DNA from: an uncultured delta proteobacterium
Lineage (GTDB): Bacteria; Myxococcota; Myxococcia; Myxococcales; Myxococcaceae
Assembly: GCA_963771175.1 (NCBI GenBank)
Contig: CAVYSY010000028.1
Coordinates: 80,042 to 144,041, forward strand
Direction: 5' to 3'
DNA length: 64,000 nucleotides
Shown: in pieces, positions 33,578-44,219 of the stretch
Numbering within the stretch: position 1 is the first letter of the stretch
Layout: each line of letters begins with the position of its first letter
Position numbers and translations under genes: made by a program
Notes under the pieces: generated by a model
What the model was told of the DNA's origin: nothing
Database searches by the model: none
The model's input: the letters and a program-made list of their open reading frames with translations, nothing else

Positions 33578-34097
33578 TCAGGGCTCTCCGGAGACCCCGG
33601 GGAAGCGCCTCGCCCCACCGTGGAAGTGCTCGTCCAGGAAGGCCTCGGTGCGCTCCCTCTAAGCGCGCGAGTCTCCGGGGTAGGGCCCGCCATCCTCGGA
33701 CAGGTCCGCGAAGCGCGCGCGCTCCAACACCGGGGACGGACGTACATCCGTGTCGGCCGGGAGGTTCGCCTCCAAGGCAGACAGCAGGGCATGCGCCCGG
33801 TCCACACCACCGCGAGCCCCTCGCCGAGGGAGAGCCTGCCTCCGGCCAGTTCATTGAACAGGCGGCAACTGTAGGCGCGGCAGCCCAGGGGACGCTCGGC
33901 GTAGAGCGTGCACCGGCGGTCCTTCAAGGCCGAGCAGCCCAGCCGGAGCGCGGGCGAGCCGCCCACGAGCTCCACCACGTCCAGCCCGTTGCGCCGAGCG
34001 GGAGCGATCTCCTCGGGCCGGAGAGGCACGTGGCTGAAGAGGTTGCCGTCACAGCACAGGCCGCAGCGCTGGCAGAGGGTGGACAGGGACACGACAT
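33578..34097 (-). CDS. YkgJ-family cysteine cluster protein (frameshifts)
   Basis: LCQRCGLCCDG...CSAL...CTLYAERPLGCRAYSC; ends approximate. Confidence 0.75.
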
Positions 34098-34379
34098 GGC
34101 TCCAGGCGTCGCGGTCCGCTCGGGGCGCGGCCGGGCCCTGTTCGAGGGGTGCACCCGCGAGGCTACTCCAGGTGGTGGGAGGCCTGGAGGGACGGAGCGA
34201 GCCTTCAAGCCCCTGCCCTCTTGGGCACCCTCTTTCCCGGCGCCTGATGTGACCAGCCCCGCGCACCTGGAAACCGCGTGGTCATGACCCATCACACCCG
34301 GGGTGAAGGGGACTCCCTCCTTATGAGGGGCGCGAAACCACCATCCAGGCAAGGCGCTCCGGAAAGTGAGGATGCCACC

Positions 34380-34781
34380 GTGAGCAAGATACTCCTGGTC
34401 GATGACGAAACCGAACTGCGTGAGCTCTACACCGATGTGCTGGAGGTCATGGGCTATGAAGTACTCCAGGCGCACGATGGCCTCGAGGCGCTGGAGATGG
34501 CCCACCAGCTTCAGCCGGACTTGATCGTGACGGACTGGATGATGCCTCGCCTGGATGGGGTCGAGCTCTGTGAGTGTCTCCTCCGAGACCCCCAGCTCCA
34601 CCGCATCCCCATCATCCTGCACAGCACCCGGCGGGCTCCCCGGATCCCCGGGGTCCACACCGTCCTCTCCAAGATCTGCCCGCTGGAGGAGTTCGAGGAG
34701 GCGGTAGCCCAGGCGCTCGATGACTCCGCTGGACACATGGAGCTGGAGACCCCTCTGCAGGTGGCCGCGGGAGCCTGGTAG
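34380..34781 (+). CDS. Single-domain response regulator
   Basis: KILLVDDE, PDLIVTDWMMPRLDG, S and K conserved. Confidence 0.9.
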   Translation: MSKILLVDDETELRELYTDVLEVMGYEVLQAHDGLEALEMAHQLQPDLIVTDWMMPRLDGVELCECLLRDPQLHRIPIILHSTRRAPRIPGVHTVLSKICPLEEFEEAVAQALDDSAGHMELETPLQVAAGAW

Positions 34782-34808
34782 GGGACGGTTCACCCTCTAA
34801 ACGCCGGC

Positions 34809-35750
34809 CTATGGGTAGCGCACGGGGGCGGGATCCTCGGGCAGCGGGATGAACTCCGTCTCCTCCGGCACGGGCGCGAAGCGCCCGGCCTGCCAGTCCG
34901 CCTTGGCCTGCTCGATGCCGCTCCTGCGAGCTCGAGACGAAGTTCCAGAAGATGTGGCGCGGCCCGTCCATCGGCTCGCCGCCCAGCAGCATCAGCCGCG
35001 CCGGCGCCGTGCGCCCGAGCGCGATCGTCCTGCCCGGCGCGGAAGCACCAGCAGCTCGCCCGGGCTCGAAGCGATCGCCGTCGCAATCTCCACCGCGCCC
35101 TCGACGACGATAGAGCGCGCGCTCCTCGTGCTCGGCCGGGCAGCGCGAGGCGCGCGCCGGCCTCCAGCGCCGCGTCCGCGTAGAACATCTCCGAGAACGT
35201 CTGCACGGGCGAGCGCGCGCCGTAGAGCGCGCCCGCGATCAGCCGCAGGCGCTCGCCCTCGCCCTCGAGCGACCGGCAGCGCGTCGGCCGCGATGGTGGA
35301 CGAAGGCGGGCGCGCGTCTCCTCGTGCGCTGCGCGGCAGCGCCACCCACGTCTGGATGCCGAAGAGCCGCCCGCCCGCCGGCGCGCACCTCGGGCGCGCG
35401 TGCGCTCGGAGTGGACGATGCCGCGCCCCGCGGTCATCCAGTTGACCTCGCCGGGCCGGATCGGCTGCACGTGCCGAGGCTGTCGCGGTGGAGGATCTCG
35501 CCGTCGAAGAGATAGGTGACGGTGGCGAGCCCGATGTGCGGATGCGGCCGCACGTCGAGCCCGTGGCCCGAGCGCGAAGCACCGCGGGCCCCATCTGGTC
35601 GAAGAAGATGAAGGGCCCGACCATGCGCCGCTGGGCCGAGGGCAGCGCCCGCCGCACCTCGAAGCCGTCGCCGAGATCCCGGGTGCGGGTGACGATGAGG
35701 GTTTCCAGCGCGGGGTGCTGCTTCGTTTCACTCATGTCATCCCAGCTCAT
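34809..35750 (-). CDS. Pirin family protein (many frameshifts)
   Basis: [64 protein letters not shown] across frames. Confidence 0.85.
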
Positions 35751-35831
35751 GGGTTGCTCCTTGCTCCTCAGGTGACAACCATCATGTGGAGGTGACCCGT
35801 TGCGCGCCAGACGCCAACGACGGGACACACC

Positions 35832-35847
35832 GTTCCACCCATGGGAT
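35832..35847. promoter_or_regulatory. Probable LysR box upstream of pirin
   Basis: GTTCCACCCATGGGAT, 14/16 to the reverse complement of the box at 36774. Confidence 0.55.
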
Positions 35848-35864
35848 GGAGGAGACGAACGCCC

Positions 35865-36752
35865 TCATTCCACGGAAGGGGCGGGCCAGTGCTCACGCAG
35901 GAAGTCCACGAAGGCCATCACCTTGGGAGAGTGGTGCCGGGTGCTCGGGTAGACCGCGTTCACCGGGGCGCCGGCCGAGCTCCAGTCCGGCAGGAGGCGG
36001 TGCAGGAGGCCGACAGCGAGGTCCGCGGCGGAGTGGATGTTGGGGAGGAGCGCGATCCCGGAGCCCGCCAGCGTCACCGCGCGCAGCATGTCGGGCTCGT
36101 TCACGACGAGCCGCGGTCGGATGGAGACTTCGACCGACCTGCTCCCGGAGTGCAGGGTCCAGACGTTCCCCTCGCGTCCCGCGCCAAAGAGGAGGCAGTC
36201 GTGTTTCTCGAGGTCCCGGGGTGACCTGGGCGCTCCCCGAGCCTGGAGGTAGCTCGGGGCCGCCACGACGAAGCGCTCGATGCTCCCGAGCTTGCGGGCG
36301 ATGAGCGACGAGTCGGCCAGCCGTCCAGCGCGCACGGCCAGGTCGAATCCCTCCTCCACCAGATCGACCGTCCGATCCGTGCACACCAGCTCGAGTTGAA
36401 CCTCGGGGTAGCGCTTCAGGAACTCGGCGACGAGCGGCCCGAGGAAGCTGAAGGTGAGCGGTGTCGTCACGCGGAGCAGCCCGTGAGGCGCGGCCTGCAT
36501 GCGGGTGACGGCCAGCTCGGCCTCCTCGGCCTCGGCCACGATGCGAGCACAGTGCTCGTAGTAGGCCCGCCCCACTTCCGTGAGGCGCAGCTTGCGCGTC
36601 GTGCGCTGCAGGAGCTGCGCGCCGATGCGCTCCTCGAGCTCGGACACCTTCCGGCTGACGGTGGACTTGGGCATTCGGAGCCCGCGAGCCGCCGCGGTGA
36701 AGCTGCCGGCCTGGACCACCTTGGCGAAGACGAGGAGTTCGTTGAGGTCCAT
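35865..36752 (-). CDS. LysR family regulator (CrgA-like)
   Basis: FAKVVQAGSFTAAARGL..PKSTVSRKVSELE...LLQRTTRKLRLTE, DLVEEGFDLAVR. Confidence 0.95.
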   Translation of the reverse strand: MDLNELLVFAKVVQAGSFTAAARGLRMPKSTVSRKVSELEERIGAQLLQRTTRKLRLTEVGRAYYEHCARIVAEAEEAELAVTRMQAAPHGLLRVTTPLTFSFLGPLVAEFLKRYPEVQLELVCTDRTVDLVEEGFDLAVRAGRLADSSLIARKLGSIERFVVAAPSYLQARGAPRSPRDLEKHDCLLFGAGREGNVWTLHSGSRSVEVSIRPRLVVNEPDMLRAVTLAGSGIALLPNIHSAADLAVGLLHRLLPDWSSAGAPVNAVYPSTRHHSPKVMAFVDFLREHWPAPSVE

Positions 36753-36773
36753 GAGGTTCCCGGCCCGGGAGTC

Positions 36774-36789
36774 GTTCCATGGGTGGAAC
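36774..36789. promoter_or_regulatory. Probable LysR box in the divergent LysR/yceI promoter
   Basis: Inverted repeat GTTCCA-N4-TGGAAC containing T-N11-A. Confidence 0.6.
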
Positions 36790-36879
36790 AGTCCTTCCAG
36801 TCCGCCCCATCTAATCAAGACCACCGTCCGCCGCTACCTTGAGCACATCAGTCACTCACTCACGACAAGGAAAACACAC

Positions 36880-37431
36880 ATGGCCAACGCGACCTGGAAC
36901 ATCGACCTGACCCACTCTGGCGTGCACTTCTCCGTCCGGCACATGGTCATCGCCAAGGTGCGGGGGAACTTCCGGAAGTTCACCGGGACGGTGTCGCTGG
37001 ACGAGCAGGATCCCTCCACCTCGTCGGTCACCGCCAGCATCGAGGCGGCGAGCATCGACACCGGTGTCCAGCAGCGCGATGACCACCTGCGCTCGCCGGA
37101 CTTCTTCGACGCGGCGAAGTTCCCCACCATCTCCTTCCAGAGCACGAAGGTGGAGAAGACCTCGGGCAATGGCCTGCGGGTGACCGGGAATCTGACCATC
37201 CGTGACATCACCCGCGAGGTGGTGCTGGAGACCGAGCAGCTCGGCATCGGGAAGGACCCGTGGGGCAACACCAAGGCCGCCTTCGAGGCGAAGACCTCGA
37301 TTGACCGCCGGGACTTCGGCCTGACGTGGAACCAGGCGCTGGAGGCCGGTGGTGTCCTCGTCGGCGAGAAGATCGAGATCGCCCTGGAGATCCAGGCGGT
37401 CAAGGCGCAGGCCACCGAGAAGGCGGCCTGA
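36880..37431 (+). CDS. yceI: YceI family protein
   Basis: WNIDLTHS.VHFSVRHM...VRGNF, SIDTG..QRDDHLRSPDFFD, IDRRDFGLTWN. Confidence 0.92.
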   Translation: MANATWNIDLTHSGVHFSVRHMVIAKVRGNFRKFTGTVSLDEQDPSTSSVTASIEAASIDTGVQQRDDHLRSPDFFDAAKFPTISFQSTKVEKTSGNGLRVTGNLTIRDITREVVLETEQLGIGKDPWGNTKAAFEAKTSIDRRDFGLTWNQALEAGGVLVGEKIEIALEIQAVKAQATEKAA

Positions 37432-37454
37432 GTCATCGCCTATAGTGCCCGCGT

Positions 37455-37853
37455 ATGGTCTGGCTCCGTGCCGTGTCCGTCTGGCTGCTGCTCATTGGCG
37501 CCGAAGTCATCAACGGCACGGTGCGGGTGCTCGTCCTGGAGCCGAGGCTCGGAGACTTCCGAGCGCGGCAACTCGGCGTGTTCACCGGGTCGGCGCTGAT
37601 CCTGACCCTCACCTATACCTGCATTCCGTGGATCCGAGCGCGCTCGTCGCGGCAACTCCTCGCCATCGGAGCGCTCTGGGTCTCACTCACGCTGCCCTTT
37701 GAGATCGGGTTGGGACGGCTCTCCGGGAACTCGTGGCAGCGGATCGGCTCGGACTTCGACCTCTCGCATGGCGGGCTGCTTCCACTCGGGCTGCTCGTCA
37801 TGCTCTGCGCCCCACTGATTGCCACCCGGATTCGCCGCCCGCCTACGGAGTGA
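37455..37853 (+). CDS. Hypothetical 4-TM membrane protein
   Basis: Four hydrophobic segments, NGTVR and FEIGLG. Confidence 0.6.
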   Translation: MVWLRAVSVWLLLIGAEVINGTVRVLVLEPRLGDFRARQLGVFTGSALILTLTYTCIPWIRARSSRQLLAIGALWVSLTLPFEIGLGRLSGNSWQRIGSDFDLSHGGLLPLGLLVMLCAPLIATRIRRPPTE

Positions 37854-37959
37854 ATGCGGAGCGGATGCGCAACTCGGGGCATTTCCGCTGGAGCCAGGCG
37901 ACTCCCTGCGCAGTCACCTGGGTGTCCCTCAGGTCCACTTCATGGAGCTTCAGGCGGAC

Positions 37960-39108
37960 TAAGTAGGTGACCAAAAGTCCCCGACATAATAACGCGGAGG
38001 GCCTACGCTGAGCCGATGCGCAAGGCACTGGCCCCCGCCCAACGGGGGCTGACCAGGTATGACCGCGCTCGACTCCGGCGAGCGCTTCGGCACGCCGAGG
38101 ATGTACGCGTGTTCCAGCGTGCGCAAGCGCTGCTGCTGGTAGCTGAGGGCCACACGTTGACCCAGGCGGCGCACGTCACGGGGTTGAGCCGACCGACGGT
38201 GTACTTCTGGCTCAAGCGCTACGTGCAACAGCGGCGCATCGAAGCACTGCGCGACGGACCTCGCCGCGGACGGCCGCCGGCCGCCGACTGCATCAGTCCG
38301 GAGCAGATACTCCTCGAACTCAGCAGCCCACCCTCGGACTGGGGCTATAGCACCCACATCTGGACGGTGGCGCTGCTGGCCGGGCACCTGGAGCGGCGCT
38401 ACGGCTGTCCCATCAATCCTCGCACCCTGCGCCGCCGCATGAAGGCCATGGGCCTGCGCTGGAAGCGTCCGCGCTACGTCTTCTCGGAGAAGGCGCCCCA
38501 CCTGCCCCAAAAAAAGGAGCGCTTGTCCGTAGGCTGAGACGGCTGCCCGAAGGCGCGGTGTTCCTCTTTGAGGACGAGACCTTCCTGCGTCAGTTTCCGC
38601 CGCTACGCGCGGCGTGGGCTCCCCGAAGGCAGCAGGCCCGAGTGCCCATCACCGGGCAGAACGCGAAGCGTGTACTCTTCGGTGCTCTCAATCCGCTCAC
38701 CGGCCACCGTGTCGTTCTCCAGCGCCCCTCTCTGCGTCAGGAGGACTTCCAGGCCTTCCTCCGGCTGTTGCGAGCGCACTACCCTGGGCGCCCCCTCTTC
38801 CTGCTGCTGGACAAGGCCGGCTGTCACACCGCCGTGCGCTCCCTGCAGCTCGCCGCGCACCTGGACATCCACCTGCTGTGGTTGCCCAAGCAGTGGTCGG
38901 AGCTCAACGCCATGGACCACCTGTGGCGCGGCCTCAAGCAGCACGTCGCCGCCAACCGCCAATACCCCACCGTTGACGCACAGGCCCAGGACGCCGAAGA
39001 CTGGGTGCTGGGCCTGTCGCCTCGGCAGGCTCTGCGCAAGGCAGGAGTCCTCTCCCGCCGTTTCTGGCTCCGTTCCTTTTTGTAAAGGAACTTTTGGCTA
39101 CCTACTTA
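37960..39108 (+). mobile_element. IS630-family insertion sequence, complete
   Basis: Imperfect terminal IRs TAAGTAGGTGACCAAAAGT / ACTTTTGGCTACCTACTTA, TA duplication, reconstructed empty site CTAG. Confidence 0.92.
38016..39085 (+). CDS. IS630 transposase (HTH ORF 38016-38537 joined to the DDE ORF by -1 frameshift)
   Basis: A AAA AAG slippery site at 38510-38516; second ORF is in the -1 frame; FEDET, LLDKAGCH, SELNAMDHLW. Confidence 0.9.
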
Positions 39109-39950
39109 GAAGAGGTCGCCGAGGGTCTCCAGCGCGCCGACGACGAGATTCGACGCCCACATCGATGAGGTCGACGCTCTCCACGGCCACCTCCACGACA
39201 TCCACGGCCATCTCCGCGACCTCCAGGGCCGTCTCCACGGACTCCGCGACCGTCTCCCCCGTCTCCGCCATGCGGTTGCGCTCCACCCCTTCACTCGTCA
39301 GGGGCAGCACCACGGCGGTCGTACGGAGCGTCGGGCCTCCGGTGGAAGCCCTCCATCCGCAGGTTGTCCATCAGGAGCCGGGCCGCCACCTCGGGCGCGA
39401 CGTCGTGACGCGAGCCCGTCGCCTGTTCCGCGTCCCGCACCGTCTCCTCCACGCAGTGTGGATCCAGGATGGAGACGGGCGCGTGGCAGCGCGCGCAGTC
39501 GGATTGGGTCGCCAGCTCGATGGGCGCCGCGCAGTCGGAGCACTGGAGCGTGTCCACGTGCTTGCGCAGCTCGGTCAGCTCCTTGCGGTTGAGGCTCCGG
39601 ACGATGCCCTTCTCGCGCAGGAACTGGAAGAAGGTGATGAAGTGGCCGTGATTCTCGGGACAGCGCGCGTACTGGAAGCTGTTGTTGTGGGCCATGTCGT
39701 GCGTCAGCGCCAGTGGCGAGTCGCAGCGCGGGCACCTGCGCGAGCGGCTCGGGCGCTGGCGGTACTCGTTCCGCCGGCCGTGCAGCTTCCGGAAGAGCTG
39801 CAGGGTGCCGAGCGAGGAGAGCCGCCGGCTCTCGTTCTTGTCGAACCACAGGCCGTGGCAGCCCTGGCACACGTCCAGCACCACGCGCTTGCCGCTCAGT
39901 CCCTCGAAGGACTGCTCGACCATCTGCTCCTTGCACTCCGGACAGTTCAT
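39106..39950 (-). CDS. zf-TFIIB-like zinc ribbon protein (frameshift near 39300)
   Basis: MNCPEC...LDVCQGCHGLWFDKNE, CPRC, CSDC, CARC. Confidence 0.8.
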
Positions 39951-40498
39951 CGCACCTCCAGCGCGCGCCGCATGACGTGGAACACGCTCTGCTTGTTGCC
40001 GAACTCCGCGATGACCTGCTTCACGGTCTCGAAGCCGCTGCGCGTCCAGAAGCGCCGCCCGGCCTCGTTGTGCTCGGAGGCCGCCAGGCGCAGGTACGCG
40101 GCACCCTGCCCTCGCAGCCAGTGCTCCAGCGCGGCGAGCAGCTTCGGGCCCAGCCCGTGGTTGCGGTACTTCGGGTCGAGCACCAGCAGCCCGAGGTACC
40201 ACTCGCGCGGCTCCGGGAAGTCGCGGATGACGTCGATGCCGCCCACCAGCCGGCCCGAGCGATTGAAGACACCCATGCCGAACTTGTCGGCGAGCGTCTT
40301 GCCCGGAGGCAGGTCCGTCAGCAGCTCGCGAATCATCTGCTCGGGGTCGGGCGGCGAGCCGTAGTGCAGCTCGAGGTGCTCCAGGCAGCGCTCACCCAGG
40401 TTCCGGAGGAGGGGCGTGTCCTCCTCGGAGACCCGCCGCACCCGGTACTCCTCGACCTCGAACAGGGCCTCTCCTCGAAGGGACGTCATCCACCGCAT
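39947..40498 (-). CDS. GNAT acetyltransferase
   Basis: LLVLDPKYRNHGLG, NEAGRRFWTRSGF. Confidence 0.88.
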   Translation of the reverse strand: MRWMTSLRGEALFEVEEYRVRRVSEEDTPLLRNLGERCLEHLELHYGSPPDPEQMIRELLTDLPPGKTLADKFGMGVFNRSGRLVGGIDVIRDFPEPREWYLGLLVLDPKYRNHGLGPKLLAALEHWLRGQGAAYLRLAASEHNEAGRRFWTRSGFETVKQVIAEFGNKQSVFHVMRRALEVR

Positions 40499-40521
40499 GC
40501 GGGGCGCACCCTAGCAGGAGT

Positions 40522-41709
40522 TCAGCCCACCCGAGCCCGGGGCCGGCGCACCTTCACCGCGCCGAGCGCCTTGGCATGGCGCGTCAGGGCCTCGTCGAGC
40601 GCCGCGTCGTCGAGCTTCACGCCCTTCTCCCTCCACAACTTCTCCACTCGGAGGACGCCGTCCTCCACGCGCGCCTCCAGCCGCCCCACCAGTTGGCCCC
40701 GGTGCAGCAGCGGGCACACGTACCAGCCCCAGCGACGCTGGGCCTCGGGCTTGTAGACCTCCCACACGTACTCGAAGCCGAAGGCGTGCTTCACCAGCTC
40801 TCGGTCCCAGAGGAGCGGCTCCAGCGGGCCGAGGATGCGCAGGCGCTCATCCGGCGCCGTGATGGGTCGGGAGCGGAAGCCCGCGGGGACGAGGTAGCGC
40901 CGGGGCGAGCCGGGCAGGGCCACCTCCTCCAGCAGGCCCTCGCGGACGAGCGAGTCCGGGAGGGGAGAGGTGCGGACCGGGGACAGCGAGGACCAGTGCG
41001 CCCCGCTCGCGCGTGAAAGGAGGCCGGCGGCTTCCACACGCTCGGTGAGGGCCCAGCGCGCGAAGCCCTCGTCACCGGTGTAGCCCACGGGCGAGCGCGC
41101 CACGGTGGGGAGGGCACGGTGCGGCATGTCGTAGCGCTTGCCCCCGGGGCCTCGGCCGCACACCACGACCTGGCAGCGCGTCCACAGCACCTCGAGCGCC
41201 ATCGAGGTGGCCTTCCCCGTGCCTTTCCACCCGCTCCAGTCGAGGGGTTTCACCGCGCCGTGGTCCGTCAGCTCCGCGGCGGTGATGGGGCCGCGGGCCT
41301 CGACTTCCTCCAGCACGGCACCGAGCACCTTCTCGGGCAGACGCTCCAGGCGGGTGGCGAGGCGCCACCACGGCGTCTCGAGCGAGCGCTCGCGGTAGTG
41401 CGGGAAGGCGCTGGCGGGGAGGATGCAGCGCTCCTTGGCCCAGTGCTCGAAGGCGTGGCCCGGGTAGAGGTGGCGGTACACATCGCCCTTGGAGATGCCA
41501 TCCACGCGCGCGAGCGCCACCAGGTCCGCGTTGGTGCCGATGACGTCGAGCGGGTCCAACTGGATGTGGCGCAGGTGGCGGAGCAGGGCACGCACGCCCT
41601 CGGCGCCGGGTGGGTAGGTGGGCGCGGCGAGCCCCAGGTGGCTGACGAGCCAGGCCCGTGCTTCGTCCACGGGCAGTGTCGCGGGAGGGGGAGTGGTGGG
41701 CTTGGGCAT
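40522..41709 (-). CDS. AlkZ/YcaQ-like (HTH_42) DNA crosslink glycosylase
   Basis: IQLDP (QxD), FEHW, ILGPLEPLLWDR, FEYVWEVYKPEAQRRWGWY. Confidence 0.85.
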   Translation of the reverse strand: MPKPTTPPPATLPVDEARAWLVSHLGLAAPTYPPGAEGVRALLRHLRHIQLDPLDVIGTNADLVALARVDGISKGDVYRHLYPGHAFEHWAKERCILPASAFPHYRERSLETPWWRLATRLERLPEKVLGAVLEEVEARGPITAAELTDHGAVKPLDWSGWKGTGKATSMALEVLWTRCQVVVCGRGPGGKRYDMPHRALPTVARSPVGYTGDEGFARWALTERVEAAGLLSRASGAHWSSLSPVRTSPLPDSLVREGLLEEVALPGSPRRYLVPAGFRSRPITAPDERLRILGPLEPLLWDRELVKHAFGFEYVWEVYKPEAQRRWGWYVCPLLHRGQLVGRLEARVEDGVLRVEKLWREKGVKLDDAALDEALTRHAKALGAVKVRRPRARVG

Positions 41710-41780
41710 GAGCGCTGCGGACTATCAGGAGCTGGATATAAGCAATGAGCGACGTCCTACTGCTACCGTGATGTCTGGGA

Positions 41781-42674
41781 TTACGGGCCGGAGCGGCGCA
41801 GCGATTCCACGATGAAGGTCTTCAGCGCCCGCGCCGCCGCCGTGAGGTACTCCTCGCCGCGGTGCACCAGCGCCACCTGACGTCTCGGGCCTCCCTTCTC
41901 CACCTCCACCACGTCGAAGCCTCGCGCCGCGTGGTCTCTCGCCATCAGTCCCGGCAGCAGCGCCACTCCCAGGCCCCGCTCCACCATCCTCCTCAGCCCC
42001 TCCGCGCTGTCCATCTCCACCGCTATCCGGGGCTTCACCCCGATCGCCTCGCACGCCGCCTCCAGCGCGTTCGTGCCCGACATACCCGGAATCACCACCA
42101 GCGGCTCCTTCACCACCTCCGTCAGCGCCACCGGCCTCTTCAGCTTCGTCAGCCGGTGCCCCCTCGGCACCGCCAGCACCAGCTCCTCCTCCCACAGCCT
42201 CTGCGCCACCAGGTCCACCCGTCTCATCGGCAGGTTCACGATGCACAGGTCCAGCTCGCCGCTCGCCACCCGGCTCTCCAGTGTGTCGTGCGTCCCCTCG
42301 CTCAGCCTCGGTAGCACCTCGGGGTAGCGGTCCTTGAACGCCCGCACCAGCTCCGGCAGCAGGTACGTCCCCACCGAGGGCAGCGTCCCCAGTGACACCG
42401 CGCCCCTCGGCGTCGTCGTGAGCTCACCCAGCTCCGCTGTCCCCGCCGCCAGTGCGTCCAGCGCCCGCCTCGCGTGGGGCAGGAAGCGCTCCCCCGCGTC
42501 CGTCAGCACCGCCCCGCCCGGCGCCCGGACGAGCAGGCGCACCCCCAGCTCCGTCTCCAACGCCTGGAGCTGCCTCGACAGCCCCGGTTGTGACACCCCC
42601 AGCCGCCTGGCCGCCACCGTGAGGCGCCCCTCCTGTGCCACCTGGATGAAGGCCCTGAGCTGCTCCGTGTTCAT
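41781..42674 (-). CDS. LysR family regulator
   Basis: QLRAF...TVAARRLGVSQPGLSRQLQALETELG HTH; divergent from an MFS gene. Confidence 0.93.
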   Translation of the reverse strand: MNTEQLRAFIQVAQEGRLTVAARRLGVSQPGLSRQLQALETELGVRLLVRAPGGAVLTDAGERFLPHARRALDALAAGTAELGELTTTPRGAVSLGTLPSVGTYLLPELVRAFKDRYPEVLPRLSEGTHDTLESRVASGELDLCIVNLPMRRVDLVAQRLWEEELVLAVPRGHRLTKLKRPVALTEVVKEPLVVIPGMSGTNALEAACEAIGVKPRIAVEMDSAEGLRRMVERGLGVALLPGLMARDHAARGFDVVEVEKGGPRRQVALVHRGEEYLTAAARALKTFIVESLRRSGP

Positions 42675-42744
42675 GCGTTCTCCGCATGCACTGTATGCGA
42701 GGGATGCGGCTTTCGCATGTCCCTCCCGGGGCTACTCCTGGAGC

Positions 42745-44115
42745 ATGGACGGGAGTGTTTCAGAGCTTCAGGTGGCCGCTCGCCCCGGTCTGGCCCGCCG
42801 CATGGCCACCTCCGCGGTGCTGCTCGGCCTCGTGGTCTCCGCCTTCGAGACCACCGTGGTCACCAGCGCCATGCCCACCCTCACCCGCGAGCTCGGCCGG
42901 CAGGACCTCTACTCCTGGGTCTTCTCCTCCTACCTCTTCGCCTCCACCCTCGGCGTGCTCGTCTTCGGCAAGCTCGCCGACCACTTCGGCCGCAAGCCCG
43001 TCTTCTCCGCCGGCATGGGCCTCTTCCTCCTCGGCTCCGTCCTCTGTGGCGCCGCCGGGTCCGTCCCCGCCCTCATCGCCTTCCGCGTCATCCAGGGGCT
43101 CGGCGCCGGTGCGCTCCAGCCCACCACCATGACCATCAGCGCCGACCTCTACACGCTCCGCGAGCGCGCCGCCGTCCAGGGCGTCTTCACCGGGGCCTGG
43201 GGTGCCGCCACCGTCGTCGGCCCCCTCATCGGCGGCTGGCTCGTCATGCACGCCTCCTGGCGCTGGGCCTTCCTCGTCAACATCCCCGTCGGCCTGTTCG
43301 CGCTCGTCCTGCTCCACGTCTCCTACCGCGACCCCGCCCGCCGCCCCGGCCGCGTGGACATCTGGGGGCCCGCCCTCACCGGGGCCTCCTTCGGCCTGCT
43401 CCTCTTCGCCCTCGAGCGCGGGGGCGCCGGTGGGTTGCGCCTTCCCTTCGCCCTCGCCGCCTCCGTGGGCCTCGTCGCCGTCGTCCGGCAGCAGCGCTCC
43501 TCGCCCTCGCCCCTCATGCCCCTGGAGCTCCTGCGCGACCGCACCGTCCTGTGTGGCGTCTTCGGCGGCCTCATGAGCGGCGGCCTCCTCTACTCCACCA
43601 CCGCCTTCGTCCCCCTGTGGATGACCGAGCGCGGCGGCTACAGCCCCTTCATGGCCGGGCTCGCCCTGGTGCCGTTGCTCGCAGGCTGGGCCTGTGGCTC
43701 CACCTTCGGCGTGCGCGTCTTCGTCCGCGGCGGCCTCCGCGCCAGCGCCGGAGGGGGCTTCGCCCTCGCCCTGCTCGGTGCCTCGCTGTTCGCCCTCGGG
43801 GTTGCCCGGGGCTGGGGCATCCCCGCCACCTTCGCCAGCCTCGGGCTGCTGGGGCTGGGGCTCGGGCCGGCCGCCTCCACCTCGCTGATCGGCCCCCAGA
43901 CGCGCGCTCCCTGGCACCACCGGGGCATGGTGACGAGCGCCATCTACGCCACCCGCATGCTCGGCGGCTCCTTCACCATCGCCGCGATAGACCTCGTGCC
44001 CGGGAGCTTCGCCCTCCGCTTCGCTCTTGTCGCCGCCATCGCCGGGGTGGCCGCCGGGGTGCTCGCCAGCCTGGCCCCGGGCCGGATCGTCACCGAGGAC
44101 TCCGAGTCCCCCTGA
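42745..44115 (+). CDS. MFS drug-efflux-type transporter
   Basis: FETTVVTSAMP, GKLADHFGRK, FRVIQGLGAG, GPLIGG, WRWAFLVNIP. Confidence 0.92.
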   Translation: MDGSVSELQVAARPGLARRMATSAVLLGLVVSAFETTVVTSAMPTLTRELGRQDLYSWVFSSYLFASTLGVLVFGKLADHFGRKPVFSAGMGLFLLGSVLCGAAGSVPALIAFRVIQGLGAGALQPTTMTISADLYTLRERAAVQGVFTGAWGAATVVGPLIGGWLVMHASWRWAFLVNIPVGLFALVLLHVSYRDPARRPGRVDIWGPALTGASFGLLLFALERGGAGGLRLPFALAASVGLVAVVRQQRSSPSPLMPLELLRDRTVLCGVFGGLMSGGLLYSTTAFVPLWMTERGGYSPFMAGLALVPLLAGWACGSTFGVRVFVRGGLRASAGGGFALALLGASLFALGVARGWGIPATFASLGLLGLGLGPAASTSLIGPQTRAPWHHRGMVTSAIYATRMLGGSFTIAAIDLVPGSFALRFALVAAIAGVAAGVLASLAPGRIVTEDSESP

Positions 44116-44219
44116 GCCGGGCTTCCCGGGCCTCGCCCGCCTCCCCTCCTCTCGTGCACCCCTGGCTCCCTGGTGGGTTTGTTCGCTCCCGGGCGCCAGA
44201 GGCGCCATGATGCGCCCCC

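Noticed and set aside
37843..37959. Short LRR-like fragment (EVDLRDTQVTAQGVAWLQ) on the minus strand beside the IS
   Set aside because: Too short to support a gene call; at most a remnant
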